Part shown: positions 1 through 9,764 of the stretch, piece by piece
How positions within the stretch are numbered: position 1 is the first letter of the stretch
Layout of the letters: every line of letters starts with the position of its first letter
Source: Gammaproteobacteria bacterium
Lineage (GTDB): Bacteria; Pseudomonadota; Gammaproteobacteria; Arenicellales; Poriferihabitantaceae
Length of the DNA stretch: 45,723 nucleotides
Assembly (NCBI GenBank): GCA_022826305.1
Contig: JAJDVC010000024.1
Coordinates: 1 to 45,723 of the forward strand
Direction of reading: 5' to 3'
The notes under the pieces: generated by a model
Seen by the model: only the letters and a program-made list of their open reading frames with translations
What the model was told of the DNA's origin: nothing
The model's database searches: none
Position numbers and translations under genes: made by a program

Positions 1-367
1 AAGTCGCACGCAGGATACCACACTCCCCCGCACGCCCGACGCATGCGGCGATTACCCCGCACCACGCCCCTCAACAAGAACGGCAATTCCCGATGGTCAG
101 GAAAGGAACCGGATTGCCATCCCGTCCCATGCACAGTACACCCGGTCATGCAGCTGCTGCAGATCTTCCTTGCGGTCGGTCACCACATGATGCGGATTGG
201 CTCCTCCGGTCGGACACGTTGCCTTGACTGGTGCCGCAGGCACACTGCGTCATGGGCGAAGTCTCCTGCAACCCTGTTTCAAGTCATTGAATCATATCAC
301 ATAATGGAGACCCTGACTTTCTCGCTCAGGCATTTTTCGGATCAGGACCGGATATTGTCGACGGCTT

Positions 368-387
368 GTTGCAATTGATATTGCAAC
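368..387. promoter_or_regulatory. Perfect inverted repeat GTTGCAAT-TGAT-ATTGCAAC, candidate operator upstream of the aminotransferase gene
   Basis: Two 8-bp arms with a 4-bp spacer, read directly from the sequence. It lies about 85 bp upstream of the ATG at 470, in a region with no convincing coding sequence. Confidence 0.35.
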
Positions 388-469
388 ACGGTCATAATCC
401 GCCTACTCGCCAGGAGTCTGGAACGATCAGGGACTGTCATCTTCAACACCTTATGCCTGAATTGCCAAA

Positions 470-1819
470 ATGAACGCACCCCTTACCAACACCGCATTGC
501 TGGAAAAGGACTTCCAGCACATGATTCATCCCCTGCACCACACGTCGGGCCATGTTGACGGCAGGGTCTGGATCAGGGCAGAGGGATCATATCTTTTCGA
601 TGCTGACGGAAACCGTTTCATTGACGGTCTGTCCTGTCTCTGGAATGTCAGTGCAGGACATGGCAGACAGGAACTTGCCGATGCGGCGCACAGGCAAATG
701 AGCCAGCTGGCGTTCAGTTCAAGCTATGCCGGAGGATCCAACATGCCCGCGATTGAACTCGCTGAAAGACTGGCTGAAATTGTCTACCCCAGGATCAATC
801 AGTTTTACTTCACTTCCGGCGGCGGCGAATCAACCGACAGCAATTTCAAGCTCGCACGCTTTTACTGGAAGACCCGTGGCAGACCCGAGAAAACAAAGGT
901 CATCGGTCGTCTGTGGGGATATCATGGCACCACATTCGCCGCCATGTGCGCGACAGGAATATCGGGATTCTGGCCAATGTTCGAGCCGAGGATTCCGGGA
1001 TTCAGTCATATACCGTCTCCTGACCCCTATCATTACCCGACCCCCGAAGACGGATCGTCCCAGGGGATTGCGGCGGCAAATGAACTGGAGCAGGAAATTC
1101 TCAGGCAAGGACCCGAGACAGTCGCCATGTTCATTGCAGAGCCGGTTCAGGGTGCGGGTGGAGTCATTGTTCCCCAACACGACTATTTCAGGCGGATCCG
1201 GGAAATCTGTGACAAGTACGATGTGCTGCTGGTTTCGGACGAAGTCATCACCGGGTTCGGACGTACGGGAAAGATGTTCGGGCTTGAGCATTTTGGTGTT
1301 GAACCGGATCTCATGCAGTTCGCGAAGTCCATTACCTCGGGCACCGTACCGCTGGGCGGGATCGGCATGAGCGATGAAATCGCGGAAACCATCCGGGACA
1401 GCAAGACTCCCTGGATGCACGCCTATACCTACAGCGGACATCCCACCACCTGCGCTGTTGCCCTCAAGACTCTTGACATCATTCAAGAGGAAGATCTGCC
1501 AGGACAGGCCGCAAGGAATGGTGAAGCGATGCTACACAAACTCCATGCAGCCCTGGATGATCATCCCCATGTGGGAAATGTGCGGGGCCTGGGCATGATG
1601 CATGGCATCGAAATCGTCAAGAACAAGGAGACCGGGGAATGGTACCCGTCCGAGTTCCAGCTTGGCCCGAAGCTGACCCGGGCATTGATGTCACGCAAAC
1701 TCTGCACCCGGGTCAGAAGCGAGGTAATCCTCAACGCCCCGCCACTGAATACCGATCCGTCCATACTCGACCAGATGGTCGAAATCTACCGGAATGCGAT
1801 AGACGAAGTTACCGGGTGA
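470..1819 (+). CDS. Class-III PLP-dependent aminotransferase (omega-transaminase / BioA-like)
   Basis: 449-aa ORF with an ATG start. Carries class-III motifs: WNVSAGHGR, SDEVITGFGRTGKMF, and FAKSITSG with the Schiff-base Lys. Confidence 0.85.
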   Translation: MNAPLTNTALLEKDFQHMIHPLHHTSGHVDGRVWIRAEGSYLFDADGNRFIDGLSCLWNVSAGHGRQELADAAHRQMSQLAFSSSYAGGSNMPAIELAERLAEIVYPRINQFYFTSGGGESTDSNFKLARFYWKTRGRPEKTKVIGRLWGYHGTTFAAMCATGISGFWPMFEPRIPGFSHIPSPDPYHYPTPEDGSSQGIAAANELEQEILRQGPETVAMFIAEPVQGAGGVIVPQHDYFRRIREICDKYDVLLVSDEVITGFGRTGKMFGLEHFGVEPDLMQFAKSITSGTVPLGGIGMSDEIAETIRDSKTPWMHAYTYSGHPTTCAVALKTLDIIQEEDLPGQAARNGEAMLHKLHAALDDHPHVGNVRGLGMMHGIEIVKNKETGEWYPSEFQLGPKLTRALMSRKLCTRVRSEVILNAPPLNTDPSILDQMVEIYRNAIDEVTG

Positions 1820-1845
1820 CAAGGCCCGGCGGATGAACCGGAGGC

Positions 1846-1864
1846 TGCAATTGCCGATTGCAGA
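1846..1864. terminator. Short hairpin CTGCAAT-tgccg-ATTGCAG between convergent genes (possible bidirectional terminator)
   Basis: 7-bp perfect stem with a 5-nt loop, in the 57-bp gap between the aminotransferase stop (1819) and the gcdH stop (1877). There is no clear U-tract. Confidence 0.3.
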
Positions 1865-1876
1865 CCGATCGGCAAA

Positions 1877-3052
1877 TCAGAAAAACGCCTGCAGGCCGGT
1901 TTGTGCGCGACCCAGTATCAGGGCATGGATGTCATGGGTTCCTTCGTAGGTATTGACGGATTCCAGGTTACACATGTGCCGCATGACATGATAGCTGTCT
2001 GATATCCCGTTGCCCCCGTGCATGTCCCGGGCCATACGCGCAATATCAAGCGCCTTCCCGCAGTTGTTGCGTTTCATGAGGGAAACGGCTTCCACCGGAC
2101 AATCGCCTGAATCCATCAAACGACCCAGTCTCAGTGCCCCCTGCATGCCAAGCGCTATCTCGGTCTGCATGTCGGCCAGCTTCTTCTGGACCAGCTGGTT
2201 CTGCGCCAGCGGTCTTCCGAACTGGACGCGGTCCATTGCATAGCTTCTGGCCGCGTGCCAGCAAAACTCCGCCGCACCCATGGCCCCCCAGGCAATACCG
2301 TAACGGGCCTTGTTCAGGCAGCCGAAGGGTCCCCCCAGGCCGCTGATACCGGGCAAGAGGCTTTCCGTGCCGACGAATACATCGTTCAGTATTATTTCTC
2401 CTGTAGTGGAGGCCCGCAGACTCAGCTTTCCTTCCATGCGAGGCGTATCAAGGCCTGGTGCACCCCGCTCAATGATGAACCCCCTGATCACACCCTCGAG
2501 TTTCGCCCAGACAATTGCCAGATCAGCAATCGGGGCATTGCTGATCCACGACTTGCTGCCGTTCAGGATGTAGCCACCCTTGGCATGCCGGGCCTGCGTT
2601 TTCATCCCTGCCGGATCCGAACCGTGACCTGGCTCGGTCAGGCCGAAACATCCCTTGAGCCTGCCTGTCGCCAGACCCGGCAGGTACTTCTGTTTCTGCA
2701 TTTCCGAACCATATGCATGAATCGGATGCATGACCAGGGACGACTGGACACTCATGGCGGAGCGGTATCCGCTGTCGACGCGTTCGACTTCCCGCGCGAT
2801 AAGCCCGTAGCAGACATGGTTCAGGCCAGCCCCGCCGTATTCCTCAGGCAACGTGCAGCCGAGCATGCCCATTTCTCCGAACCGGATCATGATATCCGGA
2901 TCGAATCGTTCATGGCGATTGGCCTCGATAATGCCGGGCATAAGGGTGTCCGAGCAAAAGGTACGGATACTATCCCGGACCATCCGCTCTTCCTCGGTCA
3001 ATTGTGAATCAAGATCAAAAGGATCTTCCCATCGAAACTGGGGGGTCGTCAT
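1877..3052 (-). CDS. gcdH: Glutaryl-CoA dehydrogenase (acyl-CoA dehydrogenase family)
   Basis: 391 aa. N-terminal [17 protein letters not shown] and C-terminal [22 protein letters not shown] are typical of GcdH, and the acyl-CoA dehydrogenase fold runs throughout. Confidence 0.88.
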   Translation of the reverse strand: MTTPQFRWEDPFDLDSQLTEEERMVRDSIRTFCSDTLMPGIIEANRHERFDPDIMIRFGEMGMLGCTLPEEYGGAGLNHVCYGLIAREVERVDSGYRSAMSVQSSLVMHPIHAYGSEMQKQKYLPGLATGRLKGCFGLTEPGHGSDPAGMKTQARHAKGGYILNGSKSWISNAPIADLAIVWAKLEGVIRGFIIERGAPGLDTPRMEGKLSLRASTTGEIILNDVFVGTESLLPGISGLGGPFGCLNKARYGIAWGAMGAAEFCWHAARSYAMDRVQFGRPLAQNQLVQKKLADMQTEIALGMQGALRLGRLMDSGDCPVEAVSLMKRNNCGKALDIARMARDMHGGNGISDSYHVMRHMCNLESVNTYEGTHDIHALILGRAQTGLQAFF

Positions 3053-3080
3053 GGTAGTGTTCTCTCGGTCTGGTGGCCTG

Positions 3081-4733
3081 TTATTCCGGGGAGCTTCTGG
3101 TCAGGATTCCCATGATCAGTGCCCCCATGCCTGCAACAAGAAGCATATCACCCCATATCGGACTGATCGCTACCCGGTCGGCAACCGGAAACATGACCAG
3201 GGATATGGTTATCATCAGTATTCCCCAAAGCGTGCGGCTGTTTCTTTTGTGCTGAGCCTGAAATTGACGCTTCAGTTCCGCTATCTCACTGTCGCGCGTA
3301 CTTAACGTCAACTCATTGTTCTTGAGCCGGTACATTACCTGATGGGTCAGCGAGGGCAGTTCCGGGACCAGCGTAAACAGGTTCGGCAACTCACGGCGAA
3401 TCGTGTGCATGGCCGCGCGCGGGCCGATCTGTTCATGCATCCATTTCTCAAGCAATGGCTTGCCGGTCTCCCAGAGATTGAGATCGGGATAAAGCTGCCG
3501 CCCCAACCCCTCGATGTTCAGTATGGTTTTCTGCAACAGGACCAGTTGCGGCTGGACCGGCATATTGAAACTGCGGGCAATGCGGAACAGGTCTACCAGC
3601 AGCTTGCCGAAGGATATCCGGCTAAGCGGCAGGGAGAAAATCGGCTCACACACCGTCCGTATAGCCGCCTCGAACTGCTCGGCACTGGTGTCGGGAGGTA
3701 CCCATCCAGCACGGATATGCGCCTCGGCTACACCATGATAGTCCCGATTGAAGAACGCCAGGAGATTTTCCGCGAGATAACGCTTGTCTGCGGTACCCAG
3801 TGTACCCATGATGCCGAAATCCACGGCCCTGTACTGACCTGTTTCACTGACGAATATGTTCCCCGGGTGCATGTCGGCATGAAAGAAACCATCCCGAAAA
3901 GCCTGGGTGAAGAATATCTCAACCCCCGCATGGGCCAGTTCACGCATGTCTATTCCTGCCTGCTTCAGCCGATCGACATCGCGGATCGGTATTCCGTGAA
4001 TCCGCTCCATGACCAGCACCGAATGATTGGTATGGTTCCACATGACTCCCGGCACGTAGATCTTGTCGGAGTTATGGAAATTGGCCTTGAGTTGGCTGGC
4101 ATTGGCGGCTTCACGCATCATGTCCAGTTCATCGTGTATCGTCCTGTCGTAATCAGAAACTATTTCCACTGGCCGCAGCCGCCTGCCTTCCGGCAAGTGT
4201 CGTTCCACCAGTTCGGCAAGTGCATACAGCAATGCAATGTCCCGTTCGATCAATTTTTTCGTATCAGGACGTACCACCTTCACGACAACCTCCGTCCCAT
4301 CGTGGAGTTCCGCATAATGAACCTGGGCAACCGACGCCGAAGCAGTGGATTCCTTCTGGAATGTCGTGAAATGATCATGTATCGAATTACCGTAGGCTTT
4401 CTCGATAATCCGTATTGCCCGGTCTCCGGGAAACGGCGGAACACTGTCCTGAAGCCTGGTCAGGGATCGGACCAGATCTTCAGGGAGCAGATCCGGCCGC
4501 GTCGAAAGCATCTGTCCGAACTTGACGAACACCGGGCCCAGTTCTTCAAGCGCCAGCCGCAATCTTTCGCCTCGGGGAAGTTTCCTGTCGCATCGAACCG
4601 TCAGCAAACGAAACAGGAGCGCAAACGATCGAAAAAGATGAATCGCCGAAATGAACTCATGCAGGCCATAGCGCGTCAGAATCCGCGTTATCCGCAGCAG
4701 ATGGAACAGGTTCTTGCTTAGTCTGGGCATCAT
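3081..4733 (-). CDS. ubiB: Ubiquinone biosynthesis protein kinase-like UbiB (ABC1/AarF family)
   Basis: 550 aa. ABC1 kinase-like motifs ([29 protein letters not shown]) and C-terminal hydrophobic helices. It is the last gene of the ubiE-ubiJ-ubiB arrangement. Confidence 0.92.
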   Translation of the reverse strand: MMPRLSKNLFHLLRITRILTRYGLHEFISAIHLFRSFALLFRLLTVRCDRKLPRGERLRLALEELGPVFVKFGQMLSTRPDLLPEDLVRSLTRLQDSVPPFPGDRAIRIIEKAYGNSIHDHFTTFQKESTASASVAQVHYAELHDGTEVVVKVVRPDTKKLIERDIALLYALAELVERHLPEGRRLRPVEIVSDYDRTIHDELDMMREAANASQLKANFHNSDKIYVPGVMWNHTNHSVLVMERIHGIPIRDVDRLKQAGIDMRELAHAGVEIFFTQAFRDGFFHADMHPGNIFVSETGQYRAVDFGIMGTLGTADKRYLAENLLAFFNRDYHGVAEAHIRAGWVPPDTSAEQFEAAIRTVCEPIFSLPLSRISFGKLLVDLFRIARSFNMPVQPQLVLLQKTILNIEGLGRQLYPDLNLWETGKPLLEKWMHEQIGPRAAMHTIRRELPNLFTLVPELPSLTHQVMYRLKNNELTLSTRDSEIAELKRQFQAQHKRNSRTLWGILMITISLVMFPVADRVAISPIWGDMLLVAGMGALIMGILTRSSPE

Positions 4734-4747
4734 CTGATCGGGGAGCG

Positions 4748-5365
4748 TCAGTCCCGGAAAGTTTCATGCGACATCCTGTCCAGCCTGTCAATACGCAATT
4801 GCAGCCGGTCGACATCCGCCCGTAGCCGGTCTGCTTCATCCTGGAAGCGCTCCATCAAGACACCAGCAACCAGCATCTGCCGTTCCTCGGCAAGGTAGTC
4901 GCTGATGTTCTCCCGAGACAACCTGGCCGACTGTTCCGCCCAGGCGCCCAGACCCCGGAGCATGACACCGATTTTTCTGGCGGCCGTATCACCAGTGAAA
5001 CCGGCCAGCAGTTCTTCCCAGTCCAGATCCATCTGCCGCAGGATTCTCTGGAAAGACTGTCCGACCTCCACATCTCCTTCAATGACAATACTCCGGCCCG
5101 GCGAAAGATGATTTCTGCCCCGACTCATGCCGAGGCGGAGAAAATCCACGGCACGCCCCTTCAGGGTTACATCAACGGGTCCTTCATGCTCCCTGCCGAA
5201 TTCGATCCCCCCGCCTGTCACCTCGGCAAATAACTCGAATCCGGGAGGATCGACACTCACGCATACGACCCGCCCCTTCAGGCCGGCAAGCCGTTCAAGC
5301 GTGTCCGGGTCAATCCGAAGCAGAGTCCCCGAAACCCGGTTGAGCAGACTGAGAGCAGGATCCAC
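4748..5365 (-). CDS. ubiJ: Ubiquinone biosynthesis accessory factor UbiJ (SCP2-like)
   Basis: 205 aa, sitting between ubiE and ubiB as in other proteobacteria. The first codon is GTG (cac at 5363-5365). Has an SCP2-like N-terminal half and a coiled C-terminal part. Confidence 0.7.
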   Translation of the reverse strand: MDPALSLLNRVSGTLLRIDPDTLERLAGLKGRVVCVSVDPPGFELFAEVTGGGIEFGREHEGPVDVTLKGRAVDFLRLGMSRGRNHLSPGRSIVIEGDVEVGQSFQRILRQMDLDWEELLAGFTGDTAARKIGVMLRGLGAWAEQSARLSRENISDYLAEERQMLVAGVLMERFQDEADRLRADVDRLQLRIDRLDRMSHETFRD

Positions 5366-5388
5366 GCCTTCAGATCGGTGCAGGAGAA

Positions 5389-6144
5389 CTAGTACTTGAT
5401 TCCGACATGCAGCGCAACGATCCCGCCACTGAGACTGTGTACCCGGATGTCCTCGAAACCCGCCGCAACCATCATCGTCTTCAAGGTTTCCCGATCAGGG
5501 TGTTTCCTGATTGACTCCACAAGATACCGATAGCTTTCCTGGTCGTCCGCAACCCATTTGCCGATCTTCGGTATCACCTGAAAGGAATAGCTGTCATAAA
5601 TCCTTTTCAGCAACGGCAGCACCGGCCGGGAAAACTCCAGCACCATCAGTCGCCCACCAGGCTTGAGTACACGCTGCATTGAAACCAGAGCCCTGTCCTG
5701 CCTGGTTACATTTCTCAACCCGAATGAAATAACGACAGCATGGAACCTTTCATCATCAAAGGGCAGATTCTCCGCATCTGCCAGGACATGGAACACGTTT
5801 CCGACATATCCCCTGTCTATCAGTCTTTGCTTGCCCAGCTCCAGCATGGCCGGATTGACATCTGTCACCGTGACAGTTCCGGACCTGCCAACCCTTCCGG
5901 CCATCAGTGCCGACAGGTCGCCGCTGCCTGCCGCAACGTCCAGGGCATGGTCACCTGCTGCCAGACCGCTCCGGGACACCGCAAATCGTTTCCATAACCT
6001 GTGCAGGCCCATTGACATCAGATCATTCATGAGATCGTAGCGGTCAGCTACCGAATCGAAGACCTCCCTTACCAGTTCCGGCTTGTCCGAATCCCTGACC
6101 TGCCGGAAGCCAAAGTGCGTCATATGCTCTGCGGACCCCGGCAT
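5389..6144 (-). CDS. ubiE: Demethylmenaquinone/ubiquinone C-methyltransferase UbiE
   Basis: The track ORF (5389..6351) is over-extended. The conserved N-terminus THFGFRQV...VFDSVADRYDLMNDLMSMGLHRLWK begins just after the ATG at 6144 (alternative ATG at 6123). SAM motif LDVAAGSGD and ISFGLRNV are present. Confidence 0.92.
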   Translation of the reverse strand: MPGSAEHMTHFGFRQVRDSDKPELVREVFDSVADRYDLMNDLMSMGLHRLWKRFAVSRSGLAAGDHALDVAAGSGDLSALMAGRVGRSGTVTVTDVNPAMLELGKQRLIDRGYVGNVFHVLADAENLPFDDERFHAVVISFGLRNVTRQDRALVSMQRVLKPGGRLMVLEFSRPVLPLLKRIYDSYSFQVIPKIGKWVADDQESYRYLVESIRKHPDRETLKTMMVAAGFEDIRVHSLSGGIVALHVGIKY

Positions 6145-6181
6145 CGTTATCCGACCCGGGGATGATGTGGACCTGCAACGT

Positions 6182-6544
6182 TCATGAATCGAGTTTCCTC
6201 TTGTGCCCGGCCTCCCCAAGCCTGGCCAGATACCGGCTCCAGTTCTCCTTCTGGTTCTTGCCAAGCGCATACAGCGTGTCCCAGGAAAAGATGCCACTGT
6301 CATGACCATCATCGAACACAGGCTTGATGGCATAGTTGCCCATCGGCTCAATGGCCGTGATATTGACGTTTTCCTTCCCTACCTGCAGTATGTCCTGGCC
6401 GGGTCCGTGTCCCTGCACTTCTGCCGACGGAGAATGTACACGCAGATATTCACAGGTCAGTTCGAATCTTTCATCCCCGAACGAAATGGTCAGGACGCGG
6501 GTGCGTCTATTCAAGTTGATTTCCGTTGGCACATGTCTGCTCAT
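6182..6544 (-). CDS. DUF971 protein (gamma-butyrobetaine hydroxylase-like N-terminal domain)
   Basis: Internal ATG at 6544 gives a 120-aa product. The upstream part of the track ORF overlaps hemB in another frame. Lies directly upstream of ubiE; I recall similar placement in other gammaproteobacteria but did not verify it. Confidence 0.7.
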   Translation of the reverse strand: MSRHVPTEINLNRRTRVLTISFGDERFELTCEYLRVHSPSAEVQGHGPGQDILQVGKENVNITAIEPMGNYAIKPVFDDGHDSGIFSWDTLYALGKNQKENWSRYLARLGEAGHKRKLDS

Positions 6545-6645
6545 TCTGGATCTCCCGGAGACTCTCCCCGATAATTGTACGCAAATGACGACAGGGGAGT
6601 CCGAATCATCCCCAGGAGGTCCACCAGACAAGCATCCTGCGTGTC

Positions 6646-7686
<1,041 letters not shown>

Positions 7687-7696
7687 TCACCACTGG

Positions 7697-8602
7697 TCAT
7701 CTGGGCCGCCTTGCCGCGGATTTCCCGGAAACCGTCTTCTTCCTGGCGGCAGTCTTGCCCGCTGTCTTTCTCCGGGCAGCGGTAGAACCGGTTTTTCCGG
7801 CGACACGACCGGATACCGGTTTCCGCACGACCTTCCTGGCCGGTTTCTTCGGCGATTCGACGCGATTGATCTTTCCGCCGGCGATCACGGTCTTTTCCTG
7901 CTCGTAGACTGAATCTGCCGCAGTGTCAAGGGTCTTGATTTCAAGCGGCCTGATCTCCAGATCGATCATTTCGCATAAATGCTCGTGTATCTCTTCCTTG
8001 TTTCCAGTACCGGCCAGGGTCCGGAGCTTGTGCTGGGCACGATAGTAGGTGATCAGGGGCGCCGTTTCCGAATGGTAGATTCTTATCCGGGTTTGAACGG
8101 ATCTGGTGTTGTCATCCTTTCTTGATTCAAATCTTGTCGAGCCGCACCGATCACAGACATTCCCCTTGGCCGGCTGGAAATAGTGCCTGTTGTAGATTGC
8201 ACCGCATGACACACAGGAGAACCTGCCGGCGATCCGCTTGATCAGGACATCGTCAGCCACTTCCATGTAGATGGCTATCTGAAGCGCCTTGCCCAGCAGG
8301 CCCAGCAGGGCATCGAGAGACTGTGCCTGAGGGATGCTCCTCGGGTAGCCGTCGATAATGAAACCCCGTTTGGTGTCCTTGCGGCGCAACCGTTCCTCCA
8401 GCAGGTCCAGGACGACATCATCATCCACCAGTTTTCCCGAATCCATGGTTTTCCTGACCTCTTTCGCCAGTTTTTTCCTGGATCTGGTTGTCTCCCTGAG
8501 CAGGTCACCCGTGGAAACCTGGGGAATGCGGTAATGTTCCGAGAGCATCCTGGCCTGAGTACCCTTGCCAGAGCCCGGGCCACCTAATATAGCGATACGC
8601 AT
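7697..8602 (-). CDS. adk: Adenylate kinase with Cys4 lid and an ~88-aa C-terminal extension ending in a Lys/Arg-rich tail
   Basis: P-loop GGPGSGKGTQ and a lid C-x2-C-x16-C-x2-C (CVSC...CDRC). The core ends near aa 213, but the ORF continues to 301 aa. Confidence 0.9.
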   Translation of the reverse strand: MRIAILGGPGSGKGTQARMLSEHYRIPQVSTGDLLRETTRSRKKLAKEVRKTMDSGKLVDDDVVLDLLEERLRRKDTKRGFIIDGYPRSIPQAQSLDALLGLLGKALQIAIYMEVADDVLIKRIAGRFSCVSCGAIYNRHYFQPAKGNVCDRCGSTRFESRKDDNTRSVQTRIRIYHSETAPLITYYRAQHKLRTLAGTGNKEEIHEHLCEMIDLEIRPLEIKTLDTAADSVYEQEKTVIAGGKINRVESPKKPARKVVRKPVSGRVAGKTGSTAARRKTAGKTAARKKTVSGKSAARRPR

Positions 8603-8820
8603 GACTGACTGGAAACACCCCTTATGACGAATGGTCGATGATATCAGACTACTTTACATTATTTCATCGGTCAAACAGTACGAGGAACCTGCCCGGATTC
8701 CGCGATGGATCATGGTGGGCGGTCTGCAACCGGTCAGACCGAAAAATTCATGAGGGAGGTGGGCGATGGGAGAGGCATCTGATCATTTCCTGCCGATGCC
8801 GCGAACCCGGATACGTGGTC

Positions 8821-9733
8821 TCACCAGGCACAACAAGGGTTACATGCCATTATGGACCGTTTGTTCTGGACGGGGAGAATCGGATTGTTGGAGCACTCAA
8901 TACCCATGATCTGCTGTGCGCCCGGATAATCCAGGAGCCGCTCCAGAAGTGCTCCACCAATGCGCCCGCCATTGTTCCGGATCAACCGAACTGCCGCCAC
9001 GGCCACCCGGTTGATGTGCTGCGGCCAGCCCTGGGACAGTTCGGCCAGTTCGTTCACCCACACTTCACGATCTTCCGGCACGCCCGTGAAGCCGCAGGCA
9101 TCGAAGACACTCCGGATGGCGCAGGTCGCATCCTCATCCGGTAGTGGTTCAAGAGTCACGACCCGTTCGTCGGCGAATCCTGAAAGACCGCACTCGCGCA
9201 GCACCTTCCGGGTGTCGCTCAGACCGAAGAACGCCGCCACCAGGGGAATCCCCTGGGAGCCCGGTGCAGACAGTCCATCACCCCCTTCGTACTGACCGAA
9301 ACCGGCGTGTTCTGGGCCTCGTCCATACACACCACGATACGGAACTTCTTCAGTAGCGGCGCAGCATTCTGGAATACCCAGCCGGCGGGCATCCCGTCAT
9401 CATCACTCCGGGTGCCTGCCGACACACCCAGGGCTCCGCCACCGCGCTCCGGCAACTCATGAAACAGTTTCCTGGCGAGATCAGGCAGGTCATCAAGCGC
9501 TCCGGCAACAGACATCCCGGAAGCCATTTCCCGAAGCCGCTCGCTTTCCCACCGGCAGCATTGACCATGGCCCTGACGACCGCAGCAGGAGATTTCAGGG
9601 CATCCGGATTCATGGTCACCGCCACCCAGGGCGCCCGGGGGTCGAATGATGCCGCACCGCTTCCATGCCCCTGGTCCCGATGGAATGCACACCGGCGGCG
9701 TGTTACGTACTGAACGGAACACGGAATCGTCAA
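8821..9733 (-). pseudogene. Frameshifted, N-terminally truncated AAA-type ATPase pseudogene
   Basis: Three overlapping minus-strand frames (9350..9733, 9219..9722, 8821..9330) together read like one ATPase. The pieces are a Walker-B-like KKFRIVVCMDEAQ, then GIPLVAAFFGLSD...VVTLEPLPDEDA...LSQGWPQHINR. No Walker A segment is present, and at least two frame changes are needed. Confidence 0.6.
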
Positions 9734-9764
9734 GTTCGCGGTCGCGGCAGGAACGTCGAAAAGA

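Noticed and set aside
100-243. 48-codon minus-strand ORF (GTG start) reading ...KATCPTGGANPHHVVTDRKEDLQQLHDRVY...
   Set aside because: It has no ATG, no ribosome-binding site and no family I can name. It is too short to support.
43-378. 111-aa plus-strand ORF at the left edge. In fact this frame is open from nt 1.
   Set aside because: Its composition (rich in W, C, H and R) does not look protein-like. It has no recognisable family and no Shine-Dalgarno sequence. Region 1-469 is left unannotated apart from the palindrome.
3342-4721. 459-aa plus-strand ORF
   Set aside because: It is antisense to ubiB, whose product has unmistakable ABC1-kinase motifs. This is a typical GC-rich shadow ORF.
8638-9144. 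168-aa plus-strand ORF in the adk-MMPL gap
   Set aside because: It has no recognisable family. It overlaps the minus-strand ATPase pseudogene fragments, which do show ATPase-like sequence.
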